Below, in pieces: positions 39,593-50,171 of a stretch of DNA of 64,000 nt (within the stretch, counting starts at the first letter, position 1; each line of letters opens with the position of its first letter). A model generated the notes under the pieces. It was not told the origin of the DNA, ran no database searches, and was given only the letters and a program-made list of their open reading frames with translations. Location: positions 704,001 through 768,000 of the forward strand of contig OY782781.1 in the NCBI GenBank assembly GCA_963678315.1, in the 5' to 3' direction. Position numbers and translations under genes: made by a program. The stretch comes from Candidatus Cloacimonadales bacterium (GTDB lineage: Bacteria > Cloacimonadota > Cloacimonadia > Cloacimonadales > JAFGVF01).

Positions 39593-40657
39593 ATGAATAT
39601 AACAGGAAATATATTGGTTACAGGTGGTGCAGGTTTTATTGGTGCTAATTTCATTCACTATGTGTTTGAAAAAACAGACTTTACTGGCAAAATTATAAAT
39701 GTCGATAAACTAACTTATGCTGGAAATTTGGAGAATCTTACTGAAATAGATAAGAAGTTTGGTCAAGATAGATACTTTTTCCATCAAGTGGATATTTGCG
39801 ACTATGAAAGACTAAAAGATATTTTCCAACAATACCAACCTCAAGTTGTAGTTCATTTTGCTGCAGAATCCCATGTTGATAGATCTATTCATGGACCTAA
39901 AGAGTTTATTGAGACCAATATTCTAGGAACTTTTAATCTACTTGAGTTAAGTAGACAAACTTGGGGAGATAGAAAAGACGTTTTATTCCACCATATTTCA
40001 ACTGACGAAGTATATGGATCTTTAGGTCAAACTGGTTATTTCTATGAAGATACTCCTTATGATCCTCGAAGTCCATATTCTGCTTCAAAAGCATCTTCAG
40101 ACCATATAGTTTCTGCTTACTTCCATACTTACAAACTTCCTGTTACTATTTCTAACTGTACCAATAACTACGGACCTTACCAATTCCCTGAAAAACTAAT
40201 CCCTCTTATGATAGCGAATATGCTTGAAGAAAAAACACTTCCTGTTTATGGAGATGGAAAAAATATCAGAGACTGGTTATATGTAGAAGACCACTGCTCA
40301 GGAATCTGGAAAATAATCAATGAAGGAAGAAGAGGTGAGACTTACAATATTGGTGGAGAAAACGAGTGGGAAAACATTAAGCTACTCCATGTTCTTTGCC
40401 AATCAGTAGCAAAAGAGACAGGTAAAGACCTAGATGAAATTTTAGAACTCATTACTTACGTGAAAGATAGGGCAGGTCACGATAGACGCTACGCTATTAA
40501 TTGCGATAAGATAAAATCTGAATTGGGCTGGAAGCAATCAGTAACTTTTGATCAAGGACTTACTAAGACTGTAAAATGGTATCTTGACAACACCGATTGG
40601 ATTGAGAATATTAAGTCAGGTGAGTATAAGAAGTGGATTGAGAAAAACTACGAGTAA
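39593..40657 (+). CDS. rfbB: dTDP-glucose 4,6-dehydratase
   Basis: TGGAGFIG, DKLTYAGN, HFAAESHVDRSI, STDEVYG, YSASK and QFPEKLIP motifs. Confidence 0.96.
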   Translation: MNITGNILVTGGAGFIGANFIHYVFEKTDFTGKIINVDKLTYAGNLENLTEIDKKFGQDRYFFHQVDICDYERLKDIFQQYQPQVVVHFAAESHVDRSIHGPKEFIETNILGTFNLLELSRQTWGDRKDVLFHHISTDEVYGSLGQTGYFYEDTPYDPRSPYSASKASSDHIVSAYFHTYKLPVTISNCTNNYGPYQFPEKLIPLMIANMLEEKTLPVYGDGKNIRDWLYVEDHCSGIWKIINEGRRGETYNIGGENEWENIKLLHVLCQSVAKETGKDLDEILELITYVKDRAGHDRRYAINCDKIKSELGWKQSVTFDQGLTKTVKWYLDNTDWIENIKSGEYKKWIEKNYE

Positions 40658-40659
40658 GA

Positions 40660-41863
40660 ATAGAACAGAGATAACACTGATTATACTGATAAAGATGATA
40701 GTATAAATTGAAAAGTTAAAGATGGGTGAAAGCCTTTTCTGTAGATACACACGGTCGTGTGTATAATGAAGTACATGTAAATGTACGAATAATTAAAAAT
40801 ATAACTGGGAACGCTGGCTGCTAGCCGGCTCTTAAGTCAGGCGAAGACTGATCTAGCCGGCTAAAGAATAAATATATAGTGTGAAAAATGGTGCTTCAGA
40901 AAGCCTTTCTGTAAGTCATAGGGCGAAGCATGCTTAAAAATAGATGTTTTGATAGAACACTGATGACACAGATTGAGCAGATGAAGATGGTTAAGTTTTA
41001 AGTTTTTTGAAGGTCATTCTAAGTAGGGTAAACTGGAAGAATCAAACCAGAAAAATAGAACACAGACAACACTGGATTATACTGATAATGATTTTACTTG
41101 AAGAAGAATTAATTTAATGATAGAAAGTTTTTTTTAGAAGATATACCAAGTAGAATTAATAATTATGTTTTATCAGTGGTTTTCAGTCTAATCTGTGTCA
41201 TCAGCGTTCTATATATATTTAGTAGGGAGGGTAAATGAGTGATTATCTTCATTCTGAATTAACAGATAAAATAATCAATGCATTTTATGAAGTATATAAT
41301 ACTTTAGGTTATGGTTTTCTTGAAAAGGTTTATGAAAAAGCTATGATAAATGAATTAAAATCTAAAGGATTAACTTGTTCTGAACAATATAAAATCGATG
41401 TATTCTATAAAAATAAACCTATTGGTGAATATTATGCTGATATTGTTGTTAATGATTTAGTTATATTAGAATTGAAAGCAAATGATTCTTTAGTTAAAGA
41501 GAATGAATATCAATTGATAAATTATCTTAAAGCCACAAATTTTGAGATTGGTTTGTTGTTTAATTTTGGTAAGAAACCAGAAATAAGAAGAAAAATTTTC
41601 ACAAACAATCGAAAATAGAAAGATAGAACACAGAAAACACTGATTATACAGATAAAGATGATTAAAAATATTAACTATGGACCTAAAGCAAAAGAATATT
41701 GGGAGAAATCAGATTTTCTCTGTTTAATCTGTGTCATCAGTGTTCCATATGCAGACAACACTGATCAGGCAGATAATAAGGGTTTTAATTAATCATATAT
41801 TTAAAAAAAGCTATTTAAAGAAAGCGGTGATTTTCAGTTTAATCTGTGTCATCTGTGTTCTAT
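40660..41863. mobile_element. GxxExxY element 1: array of ATAGAACAC-type direct and inverted arms around a GxxExxY gene
   Basis: Forward arms at 40660, 40952, 41055, 41623 and 41752; reverse arms at 41181-41212, 41718-41749 and 41831-41863. Mobility is inferred. Confidence 0.55.
41235..41618 (+). CDS. GxxExxY protein (PD-(D/E)XK-like)
   Basis: LGYGFLEKVY, YYADIVV..ILELKA, QLINYL and GLLFNFG motifs; GGGAGG RBS. Confidence 0.93.
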   Translation: MSDYLHSELTDKIINAFYEVYNTLGYGFLEKVYEKAMINELKSKGLTCSEQYKIDVFYKNKPIGEYYADIVVNDLVILELKANDSLVKENEYQLINYLKATNFEIGLLFNFGKKPEIRRKIFTNNRK

Positions 41864-41890
41864 ATAGAGTTTTATAAAGAAGGAGAAAAA

Positions 41891-43309
41891 ATGCAAACTG
41901 TTGTAATTCAAGGATTAGGATTTGTTGGTTTAGCGATGGCTACTGTTGTAGCAAACGTTGTGGATAAACAAGGTAAACCTTTATATAATGTGGTTGGTGT
42001 TGATTTACCAATGAATCAAGATAGAATTGATCTCATTAATAAAGGAATCTTGCCTTTTAAGAATGAAGATGAAACTTTTCCTGTTCAACTTGAAAAAGCA
42101 GTTCACCAATATAAAAACCTTCTAGCATCTACTGATGAAGAATGGTATAAAAAAGCTGATATAGTAGTTGTTGATATACAATTAGATATTAAAAAGCGTG
42201 AAGTTGGTAATGCTAGAGATTGTTATCTTGAAAAAGATGCTTTTATTGCAGCAATTCATACTCTAGGTAGACATATCAAGCCTGAATGTCTTGTTTTAGT
42301 TGAAACTACAGTCGCTCCTGGTTTTAGTCAGCATGTGGTTAAGCCTGCCTTAGATAAAGAATTTATGGAAAGAGGAATTGATGTAGTTACAAATCCTCCA
42401 AGAATTGCTCACTCTTATGAACGTGTGATGCCAGGAAAAGAATATCTCGCTTCAATCAGATCTTACCCAAGAACTTTCTCCGGTTATGACAAACTTTCAG
42501 CTGGAATGGCTCGTGAGTTCTTAGAAAATGTCTTAGAAGTAGATAAATACCCATTAAGAGAAGAAAATAATACAGAAACTTCTGAACTTGCTAAAGTGAT
42601 GGAGAATTCTTATCGTGCTGTAAATATAGCACTGGTAAATGAATGGACTCTTCTTGCGGAAAAGATGGAAGTTAATATATTTGATGTAATTGAAGGAATT
42701 AAAGTTAGACCAACCCATAAAAATATCTTATACCCTGGTTTAGGTGTTGGTGGATATTGCTTAACAAAAGACACACTTTTAGCTTACTGGTCTGGACAAA
42801 ACTTCTACGATGAAAACCTAGATTTACCTATGACTATCAAAGGTATCAACATAAACGACACAATGCCATGGCATACTTATGATCTAATCAAAGCCAATCT
42901 TCACAAAGATAACTTCAAGACTATTTTACTTGGTGTTTCTTACCGCGAAGACGTAGGTGATACACGCTATGCTCCAGCTGAAAAGCTCTACAGAAAACTT
43001 GCAAACGATGGTTTATCTGTAGATGTTCATGACCCTTATGTAGATGAATGGCCAGAATTACCTCAAGCTAAGTTTATCGAATTAATAGAAAATTTACAAG
43101 ACTATGATTGCCTAGTCTTAGGTGTGAAACACAACTGCTACTTGAATTTATCAGCTCAAGATATCATCAATGCAACTAAGGAAGATACTTTAATTGTTGA
43201 TGCTAATAATATCCTAGATGATGAGAAAATCTTGGAAATCCTTAAGAGTGGAAGAGATGTGATAGGTGTTGGGAAAGGCCATATCGCTAGGATGAAGAGA
43301 GAGATTTAA
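41891..43309 (+). CDS. Nucleotide-sugar dehydrogenase (UDP-glucose/GDP-mannose dehydrogenase family)
   Basis: GLGFVG, ETTVAPG, ERVMPG, KVMENSYRAVNIA, GGYCL and LGVSYRE..D.R motifs. Start set at ATG 41891 after AGGAG. Confidence 0.9.
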   Translation: MQTVVIQGLGFVGLAMATVVANVVDKQGKPLYNVVGVDLPMNQDRIDLINKGILPFKNEDETFPVQLEKAVHQYKNLLASTDEEWYKKADIVVVDIQLDIKKREVGNARDCYLEKDAFIAAIHTLGRHIKPECLVLVETTVAPGFSQHVVKPALDKEFMERGIDVVTNPPRIAHSYERVMPGKEYLASIRSYPRTFSGYDKLSAGMAREFLENVLEVDKYPLREENNTETSELAKVMENSYRAVNIALVNEWTLLAEKMEVNIFDVIEGIKVRPTHKNILYPGLGVGGYCLTKDTLLAYWSGQNFYDENLDLPMTIKGININDTMPWHTYDLIKANLHKDNFKTILLGVSYREDVGDTRYAPAEKLYRKLANDGLSVDVHDPYVDEWPELPQAKFIELIENLQDYDCLVLGVKHNCYLNLSAQDIINATKEDTLIVDANNILDDEKILEILKSGRDVIGVGKGHIARMKREI

Positions 43310-43868
43310 CCACTAAGACACAAAGTCTCTAAGAATTTATCCACTAATACACACTAATTGACACTAATGAAGAAAGATCTAATATATAATTTTACCACAA
43401 AGACTCGAAGGCACTAAGTTAATTTATATTTATGAGAATTATAGATATTGATGAATTAAATATTTTAAGTAAGAAGGTTGTTGATGCAATATTTAAGGTT
43501 CATAGGGAACTAGGACCTGGATTACTTGAAAATATCTATGAAAAGTGTTTATGTATTGAGTTGGCTTCTAAAAATTTAAAATACAGTAATCAAGTTGCTC
43601 TACCAGTTTTTTATAAAGGCAAAGATATTGGTTTGGATTATAGACTTGATATCTTAGTTGAAGATTCAATTATTATTGAACTTAAATCTGTTGAGAAAAT
43701 GAATCCTGTTTATAAAGCTCAGTTGTTAACATATTTGAAACTATCTAACAATAAACTAGGTTTTTTGGTAAATTTTAATGTACCTTTAATAAAAGATGGT
43801 ATTAAAAGAATTATTAACTAACTTAGTGGCTTAGAGTCTTTGTGGTGAAAAATAATTTAGTGGTCAAT
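43308..43868. mobile_element. GxxExxY element 2 with 28-bp inverted repeats
   Basis: 43394-43421 and 43819-43846 are complementary at 26/28 positions; extra left arms at 43308 and 43338. Confidence 0.6.
43432..43821 (+). CDS. GxxExxY protein
   Basis: LGPGLLENIY, YRLDILVED..IELKS, AQLLTYL and GIKRIIN motifs. Confidence 0.93.
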   Translation: MRIIDIDELNILSKKVVDAIFKVHRELGPGLLENIYEKCLCIELASKNLKYSNQVALPVFYKGKDIGLDYRLDILVEDSIIIELKSVEKMNPVYKAQLLTYLKLSNNKLGFLVNFNVPLIKDGIKRIIN

Positions 43869-43886
43869 CTTTAAAAAGGAGTAAGT

Positions 43887-45323
43887 ATGAAGAATGTTCT
43901 CTTAACAATTCTGGTAATTTTAACCCTACTATTACTATCTTGTGATAGCGATTCTACCTCATCTTCAGAGAAATATACTCTATCAGGGAATGTTAAACTT
44001 CTAGATTTAGATGGAAATGAAGTTTTAGAGGGATTATCGAATGTTTCAATTATGATTTATGATTTAGTTGAGATAGATTCTGGTTTACTTCAAGTTAAAG
44101 CAGACTACCCATTTATTGGTTCAGATGTTAATCAAGAAGTTTTCTTTGACATAAGAGATAAAAGTCCAATTAAAGAAATTAATTGTGACGACAATGGTAA
44201 TTTTACTTCCAAAATAGCTAAAGGCACATATAATATTGTTGTCTATTCAGAAGATTATGGCTACAAAATGTTCTATGATTATAACTTAGATAGTGATAGC
44301 TCAATAAATGATATTAATCTGTATGAAATACAAGAGTTAAGTGGAGCAGTTTCTAATTTTACCTTCCAAGCAGATCATGTTTATCATATTACCGATGATT
44401 TAGTGATACAAGAAAACAGCAATGTTGTTTTACAGGCTGGAGCTTATATTGATGTTGCTGATAATTCTAAAATTTACGTTAATGACGACTTCAATATAAC
44501 TGAAAATAATGGTAAAAATGTTAATTTCAATAGCATTTATTACAAAAATCAAGAGAAAAACCTTTTTAGTGGGATTGAAATTATGTCAGGTGAAAATATT
44601 AATATCTATTCTTTGATTGTTAAAAATGCAAGCAATGCTTTACTTTTTTCTAACCAACTAGCAATAACACAAGTAACTAATTCATCTTTTATCAACAATA
44701 ATCGTGGGATTATTACTCAGAATATCATTTCTGTTAATATTTCTGAATGTAATATTTTTAATAATACAAGTATTGGTTGTGAAATTGATTCTCAAAACTC
44801 CTTAAATAATAATATTGTTTATAATAATAATGAAGGTGTTAGGGTTGTTGAAGCAATATCTGATTTATCTAACTCTTATTATCTTGATAATTGGATGGGA
44901 ATTAGGTGCGCATTTTATGAAGAGGTGAATATACATAATAATGAGTTTGATAAGAATGAATTTGGAATATCAATGAGTGGTTCAAACCCAGCAATAAATT
45001 TTAATAACTTTAAGGATGATTTTATAAATATTGAATTATGTGCCCGTTATACTCAAGCTTCATATGATTATTGCTTACCAAATATTGAAAACAATAATAT
45101 TCTTTCAGTATCATGGCAAATTGGGATAAAAGGATTCAACGATTTATTTGCACAAAACAATCAAGCTTGGGCTGTCAATACAGATTTTTACTGTGGAAAA
45201 AATTTTTTTGGAAAAACTAAGAATTTTCTGGATAATAAAATATATATGTTCAATGAAGGTTTTTATGTAGTTATTGATAATGAATTCGACACATTTTTAA
45301 ACACATGCGGAATTTTTAAATAG
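43887..45323 (+). CDS. Lipoprotein with right-handed parallel beta-helix repeats
   Basis: Lipobox LLSC; Asn-rich repeats (NN.F.NN..GI). Confidence 0.65.
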   Translation: MKNVLLTILVILTLLLLSCDSDSTSSSEKYTLSGNVKLLDLDGNEVLEGLSNVSIMIYDLVEIDSGLLQVKADYPFIGSDVNQEVFFDIRDKSPIKEINCDDNGNFTSKIAKGTYNIVVYSEDYGYKMFYDYNLDSDSSINDINLYEIQELSGAVSNFTFQADHVYHITDDLVIQENSNVVLQAGAYIDVADNSKIYVNDDFNITENNGKNVNFNSIYYKNQEKNLFSGIEIMSGENINIYSLIVKNASNALLFSNQLAITQVTNSSFINNNRGIITQNIISVNISECNIFNNTSIGCEIDSQNSLNNNIVYNNNEGVRVVEAISDLSNSYYLDNWMGIRCAFYEEVNIHNNEFDKNEFGISMSGSNPAINFNNFKDDFINIELCARYTQASYDYCLPNIENNNILSVSWQIGIKGFNDLFAQNNQAWAVNTDFYCGKNFFGKTKNFLDNKIYMFNEGFYVVIDNEFDTFLNTCGIFK

Positions 45324-45332
45324 AAGGAAAAA

Positions 45333-45803
45333 ATGGATATCCAATATTATATATGTGAAAAGAATATTGATAAAAATGAACTAGAAGAATTCTTTTTTAG
45401 AATAAATTCTGAATTTACCCCTTATTTAGAAAAAAATTTAAATATATGTGAATATGCTGAAAAATTATCCAAAAATGCAATTATTTTTATAACTAAAGTT
45501 AATAATATAATTGTCGGTATGGCAGCTATATATTATAATACTGTCCCAGATTACTCTTTCGGAACATTTATGGGGGTCCTTAAAGAATATAGAAAATATG
45601 GAATAGCTCTTCAATTAGAAGAAAATTACATAGAATATTTTAAAAAATTAAATACACCTGGAATTAAATCTGTTGTAAACTGTAATAACAAAAACGCATT
45701 AAAACTACATAAATATTTTGGATTTGAGATTTTAAATAAATTTTATGATGAAATAATGAATATTGAAAAATATGAATTAATTTTGAAATTTAATAAAAAA
45801 TAA
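45333..45803 (+). CDS. GNAT N-acetyl/acyltransferase
   Basis: V.KEYRKYGIA and N..AL..H..FGF motifs. Confidence 0.8.
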   Translation: MDIQYYICEKNIDKNELEEFFFRINSEFTPYLEKNLNICEYAEKLSKNAIIFITKVNNIIVGMAAIYYNTVPDYSFGTFMGVLKEYRKYGIALQLEENYIEYFKKLNTPGIKSVVNCNNKNALKLHKYFGFEILNKFYDEIMNIEKYELILKFNKK

Positions 45804-45814
45804 GGAATTTATAT

Positions 45815-46030
45815 ATGAAAAAATTTGTTGAATTATTTAAAGAAGTTATGGAAATAGAAAATGTTGACGTTAATGGTAAAACAATATTCAGAGAATTAGA
45901 AGATTGGGATTCTTTAGCAGTTTTATCTGTCTTAGCAATGATAAATGATGAGTATGATATAACAATAGCAAGAGAAAAGTTTGAAAAAGCAAATACTCTT
46001 GAAGAGTTGTTTGCTCTTATTTCGGAGTAA
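45815..46030 (+). CDS. Acyl carrier protein
   Basis: Small acidic protein with a WDSL phosphopantetheine site. Confidence 0.9.
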   Translation: MKKFVELFKEVMEIENVDVNGKTIFRELEDWDSLAVLSVLAMINDEYDITIAREKFEKANTLEELFALISE

Positions 46031-46032
46031 AA

Positions 46033-47019
46033 GTGTTTGGATCTACTGTTGTAAAAATTGAATATTACTTGCCAGAAAAGATTTTAAGCAATGACAATTT
46101 GATGCAAGAGTTTCCTGAATGGGATGCTTCAAAAATTGAAAAGAAAGTTGGAATAAAAAATAGGCATGTGACTACAGCTAAAGAATCAGCTCTAGATATG
46201 GCAATTAAGGTTTCATCTAAGGTCCTTGAAAACTTTGATTCCAACAAAATTGATTTTATTCTTTTTTGCACTCAAAGTCCAGAATATTTTTTACCTTCTG
46301 GTGCATGCTTAATTCAAGATAAATTAGGTTTAAGAAAAAATATTGGTGCTTTAGATTTTAATTTAGGTTGTTCAGGCTTTGTATATGGTTTAACATTAGC
46401 TGACAGTTTGATTAAGTCAGGCGCAGCAAGTAATGTCTTACTAATTAACTCTGAGACTTATTCAAAACATATTCATCCTCAAGATAAGAGTAATCGTGCT
46501 ATTTTTGGAGATGGAGCAGCTGCAACTATTATTAGCACATCAAATATTCCCAAAATAGGAAAATTTGTTTTAGGAACTGATGGCTCTGGATTTAATAAAT
46601 TAATTGTGAGAGATGGAGCGTTTAGAGATGTTAACCATCAACGTGAATATGAAGTATCTAATTATAATGGTAAGTATATTTATATGAACGGTCCTGATAT
46701 ATTTAATTTTACAATGGATGTTGTTCCTAAAGTAGTTTCTGATTGCTTAGATAGTAATAACACAGAAATAGATAAAATTGACTTCTTTATATTCCATCAG
46801 GCTAATAAATACATTTTAGATTTTCTCAGAAAAAAAATAAAGATACCTAAAGAAAAATTCTATGTTAATATGGAAGAAACCGGAAATACTGTATCTGCAA
46901 CCATTCCTATTGCACTAAGGCAGTGCTTGGATAACAAATTAGTTAAGGCTGGAGACAAAGTAATGCTGGTTGGATTTGGTGTAGGATTGTCTTGGGCAAG
47001 CTGTATAATTGAGGTGTAA
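46033..47019 (+). CDS. FabH-like 3-oxoacyl-ACP synthase III
   Basis: LGCSGF, FGDGA, HQAN, GNT and GFGVG motifs. Confidence 0.92.
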   Translation: MFGSTVVKIEYYLPEKILSNDNLMQEFPEWDASKIEKKVGIKNRHVTTAKESALDMAIKVSSKVLENFDSNKIDFILFCTQSPEYFLPSGACLIQDKLGLRKNIGALDFNLGCSGFVYGLTLADSLIKSGAASNVLLINSETYSKHIHPQDKSNRAIFGDGAAATIISTSNIPKIGKFVLGTDGSGFNKLIVRDGAFRDVNHQREYEVSNYNGKYIYMNGPDIFNFTMDVVPKVVSDCLDSNNTEIDKIDFFIFHQANKYILDFLRKKIKIPKEKFYVNMEETGNTVSATIPIALRQCLDNKLVKAGDKVMLVGFGVGLSWASCIIEV

Positions 47020-48030
47020 ATGGCTCTAGTTAAATACAATAATGTTAAAATATCAGCAATCTCATGTTGTGTTCCTAAAAATAAACTTGATAACTTAAAT
47101 TTGGAAGAATATGGGTCAGTTGATGAGAGAAAGAAATATATTAATACAACCAATGTTAGGTTTAGAAGAATTGCAGATGAAAAGACTACATCTTCTGACT
47201 TATGTTATCAAGCAGCAAGTCAACTATTACAAGATAATGATATTGAACCAAATGATATCGATGTCTTAATTTTTGTAACACAAACTCCTGATTACTTTTT
47301 ACCTGCTACTTCCATAGTTTTACAGCATCAATTGGGATTGCCAATGTCTACGGTTGCTTTTGATGTTAATCTCGGATGTAGTGGTTATGTGAATGGATTG
47401 AATATTGCATTTTCTTTTTTACAGAATAATGCGTTTAAAAAAGTATTATTGTTGTGTGGTGACACTATCAGTAAAATTACTGACTTAACAGATAAAACAA
47501 CTGGTTATTTATTTGGGGATGCAGGTTCAGCAACTTTGATAGAAAGTTCTGAAAAAACTATGTCTGAGGTATATTTTTCTTTGAACAGTGATGGTTCAGA
47601 TAGTAGTTTACTGAAGACCGAGAATGGAGCGTTCCGAAATTTGGATAAAAAACCAAGTTTATATATGGATGGCATGGGGATTTTCAATTTTACGATTTCT
47701 AAAATCCCTAAAGATGTGAAAAAACTCTTTGATTTTTCAAATACTGAAATTGGTGCAATTGATTACGTATATTATCATCAAGCAAATAAGTTTATTAATG
47801 ATTTTATATCAAAAAAACTCAAATTGTCTTCTTCACAGACTCCCTTTTCAATGTATGAGTATGGTAACACTAGTTCAGCATCAATACCTTTAACCATATC
47901 AAATCATTTCACAAATAGAATTGATGAAAAGATAAAAGTAATTTTATCTGGATTTGGAGTTGGATTATCATGGGGACATTGTATATTGGATTTAGAAAAT
48001 GTAAATATTTCTAAAATAAAGGAGATATGA
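47020..48030 (+). CDS. FabH-like 3-oxoacyl-ACP synthase III (second copy)
   Basis: LGCSGY, FGDAG, HQAN, GNTSSAS and GFGVG motifs. Confidence 0.92.
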   Translation: MALVKYNNVKISAISCCVPKNKLDNLNLEEYGSVDERKKYINTTNVRFRRIADEKTTSSDLCYQAASQLLQDNDIEPNDIDVLIFVTQTPDYFLPATSIVLQHQLGLPMSTVAFDVNLGCSGYVNGLNIAFSFLQNNAFKKVLLLCGDTISKITDLTDKTTGYLFGDAGSATLIESSEKTMSEVYFSLNSDGSDSSLLKTENGAFRNLDKKPSLYMDGMGIFNFTISKIPKDVKKLFDFSNTEIGAIDYVYYHQANKFINDFISKKLKLSSSQTPFSMYEYGNTSSASIPLTISNHFTNRIDEKIKVILSGFGVGLSWGHCILDLENVNISKIKEI

Positions 48031-48791
48031 AAGTGATAGATCCATTTAGTTTAAAAGATAAACTTATATTGATAACAGGGGCATCTTCGGGTATTGGAAG
48101 ACAATGTGCAATCTCATGTTCTGAAATGGGTGCGAAATTAGTATTGGTTGCAAGAAATGAAAAGAAACTAAAAGAAGTTTTGTCTGAACTCTATGGTGAA
48201 GGTCACATCTATTTCTCTCAAGATATTACAGATTATTCAGAAATTAAGAAGATAGTTGAAAAAACTGTAGAAAAACTTGGTAAGTTGGACGGTTTTATTC
48301 ATTCTGCTGGTATTGAAATAACAAAACCATTAAAAGTAATGAAACCAGAAGATTATGAGATGATTTATTCAGTAAATGTAATATCAGGTTTTGAGTTTGC
48401 AAAACATGTCTCTAAGAAGAAAAACAGTAACGATTTGGCTAGCTTCATCTATATCTCTTCAGTAATGTCTGTAACGGGCAATTCAGGATTAACTGCCTAT
48501 TGTTCTTCAAAAGGAGCATTAGTTGCTGGGGTTAGGGCTTTAGCGATTGAGTATGCAAATAGAAAAATTAGATTCAATTGTATTTCTCCAGGTTATATTA
48601 AGACCGAAATGATGGATAATATAAAACAAAAGCTGAGTGGATCTGAGATAAATAAATTACAAGGGTACTTTCCTTTAGGTTTAGGCGATCCTAGGGATAT
48701 CGCTAACTCCTGTATATATCTTTTATCTGGTGCCTCAAAGTGGGTTACAGGCACCAATTTAATAGTAGATGGGGGTTATAGTGCAAAATAA
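48027..48791 (+). CDS. SDR oxidoreductase (FabG-like ketoreductase)
   Basis: TGASSGIG, YCSSK and VDGG motifs. Confidence 0.9.
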   Translation: MKVIDPFSLKDKLILITGASSGIGRQCAISCSEMGAKLVLVARNEKKLKEVLSELYGEGHIYFSQDITDYSEIKKIVEKTVEKLGKLDGFIHSAGIEITKPLKVMKPEDYEMIYSVNVISGFEFAKHVSKKKNSNDLASFIYISSVMSVTGNSGLTAYCSSKGALVAGVRALAIEYANRKIRFNCISPGYIKTEMMDNIKQKLSGSEINKLQGYFPLGLGDPRDIANSCIYLLSGASKWVTGTNLIVDGGYSAK

Positions 48792-48824
48792 GTTAATCAC
48801 TTTTTTTAAAATAAACGTGATAGA

Positions 48825-50171
48825 TTGCCGGGTTTTATGATTGGAGGAATAACAAGTGTAAAGAGACTATTTAAAGATAATTATTTGCGACTAGTAAATT
48901 TTTCTTTTTATTTATTAGCAACAATTGTAAATACCGTACTTATGTTGATAATTAATCCTTTTATTGCTAAAAATCTATCACATAGTGATTACGCAATCAT
49001 AGGTTATCATGGGGCCTTCCAGATTATTCTTTTACCACTAGTTAATTTTTCGTTAACTAGTTACTATTTAAGAAATTATTTCTTAACACCCAAAGATAAG
49101 TTGTTAGAATTGAGAGATACTATCAACAAAATGATTTTGTATTTCGGCGGGTTTTCTTTGATAATTTGTACTATTGGATTTTATATATATTTTAAAGTTA
49201 AAAATGTGCAAATACCTTTTTTCCCATTTTTTTTGTTTTCAATAATAACTGTATATATAAATAACTTTATAACAATGAAACAAATTGATTTCAGATTAAA
49301 TAAACAAGCAAAAAAATATTTTATTCTAACTATATTATTAAGGATTACAATAATAATTTCTACTGTCTTTCTTGTAATAGTTATTCCTTTAGGTGCTTTG
49401 GGAAGAATGTTAGCAACATTAGTTGGTACTGTAGTGTTTGGTTTGTTTTGCTATAAAACTATGAATTCAGGGATGAAAGTAAACAGAACAATTATTAAAA
49501 GTGCTTTTAGTTTTTGTTGGCCATTGGCATTAGCTTCTATTTTATGGTATTTTTTAAGCGGTGTAGACATCTTACTTCTTGAGAAATTAAACGATATTAG
49601 AAATATGGCACTGTATAATATCGCTATTGGCCTGACATCTAAAATTGCAATATTTTATGCTGCATTGGCTCAAACTTTTGAGCCTGATATATATAGAGCA
49701 ATTGCTTCAAAGAAATATATTAGAATGATATTAATAGCTTTAAGCATCATTTTACTTAATATAATTCCTAATGCATTACTTTTCATTTTTGCTAAACCTG
49801 TTGTAAATATATTAACTTACGGTAGGTATATAGAAGCATCAAAATTTATCAGAATTCTAATATTTAAAAACATATCAATGTCTCTATATTATACAGTAAT
49901 TCTAATTATTGTCGGTTTAGGATATACTAAATCTGAGCTTCTTAATAGAATTATAGGAGCAGTATTGTGTTATGTTATGTTCGATAAAATGATAAAGAAC
50001 TATGGCTATATAGGTGCTGCTTGGGGGCAAACTTTTTCATTTTTAATATTAACTACAATAGGAATATTGTTTATACTTGTGCAAAGAAAAAAGATGTTTG
50101 AGATATCAGAAAAAAACTTATACAACAAAGGAAAAAAAGATGGGTTTTCGATTACTAACTCCAAAAGATAG
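48825..50171 (+). CDS. wzx: Oligosaccharide flippase (start uncertain)
   Basis: About 12 TM helices, MATE-like pattern (G..GAA), polysaccharide-locus context. Confidence 0.75.
   Translation: MPGFMIGGITSVKRLFKDNYLRLVNFSFYLLATIVNTVLMLIINPFIAKNLSHSDYAIIGYHGAFQIILLPLVNFSLTSYYLRNYFLTPKDKLLELRDTINKMILYFGGFSLIICTIGFYIYFKVKNVQIPFFPFFLFSIITVYINNFITMKQIDFRLNKQAKKYFILTILLRITIIISTVFLVIVIPLGALGRMLATLVGTVVFGLFCYKTMNSGMKVNRTIIKSAFSFCWPLALASILWYFLSGVDILLLEKLNDIRNMALYNIAIGLTSKIAIFYAALAQTFEPDIYRAIASKKYIRMILIALSIILLNIIPNALLFIFAKPVVNILTYGRYIEASKFIRILIFKNISMSLYYTVILIIVGLGYTKSELLNRIIGAVLCYVMFDKMIKNYGYIGAAWGQTFSFLILTTIGILFILVQRKKMFEISEKNLYNKGKKDGFSITNSKR

Noticed and set aside
32196..41863. CRISPR array interpretation of the repeated units
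   Set aside because: Units are degenerate, occur in both orientations with irregular spacing, and no cas genes are in the window.
41846..41890. N-terminal extensions in the ORF track (also 57651-57707, 59967-59990, 50077-50139, 18481-18552, 14084-14107)
   Set aside because: They run through repeat arms or upstream genes; downstream ATGs have better RBS and match family starts.
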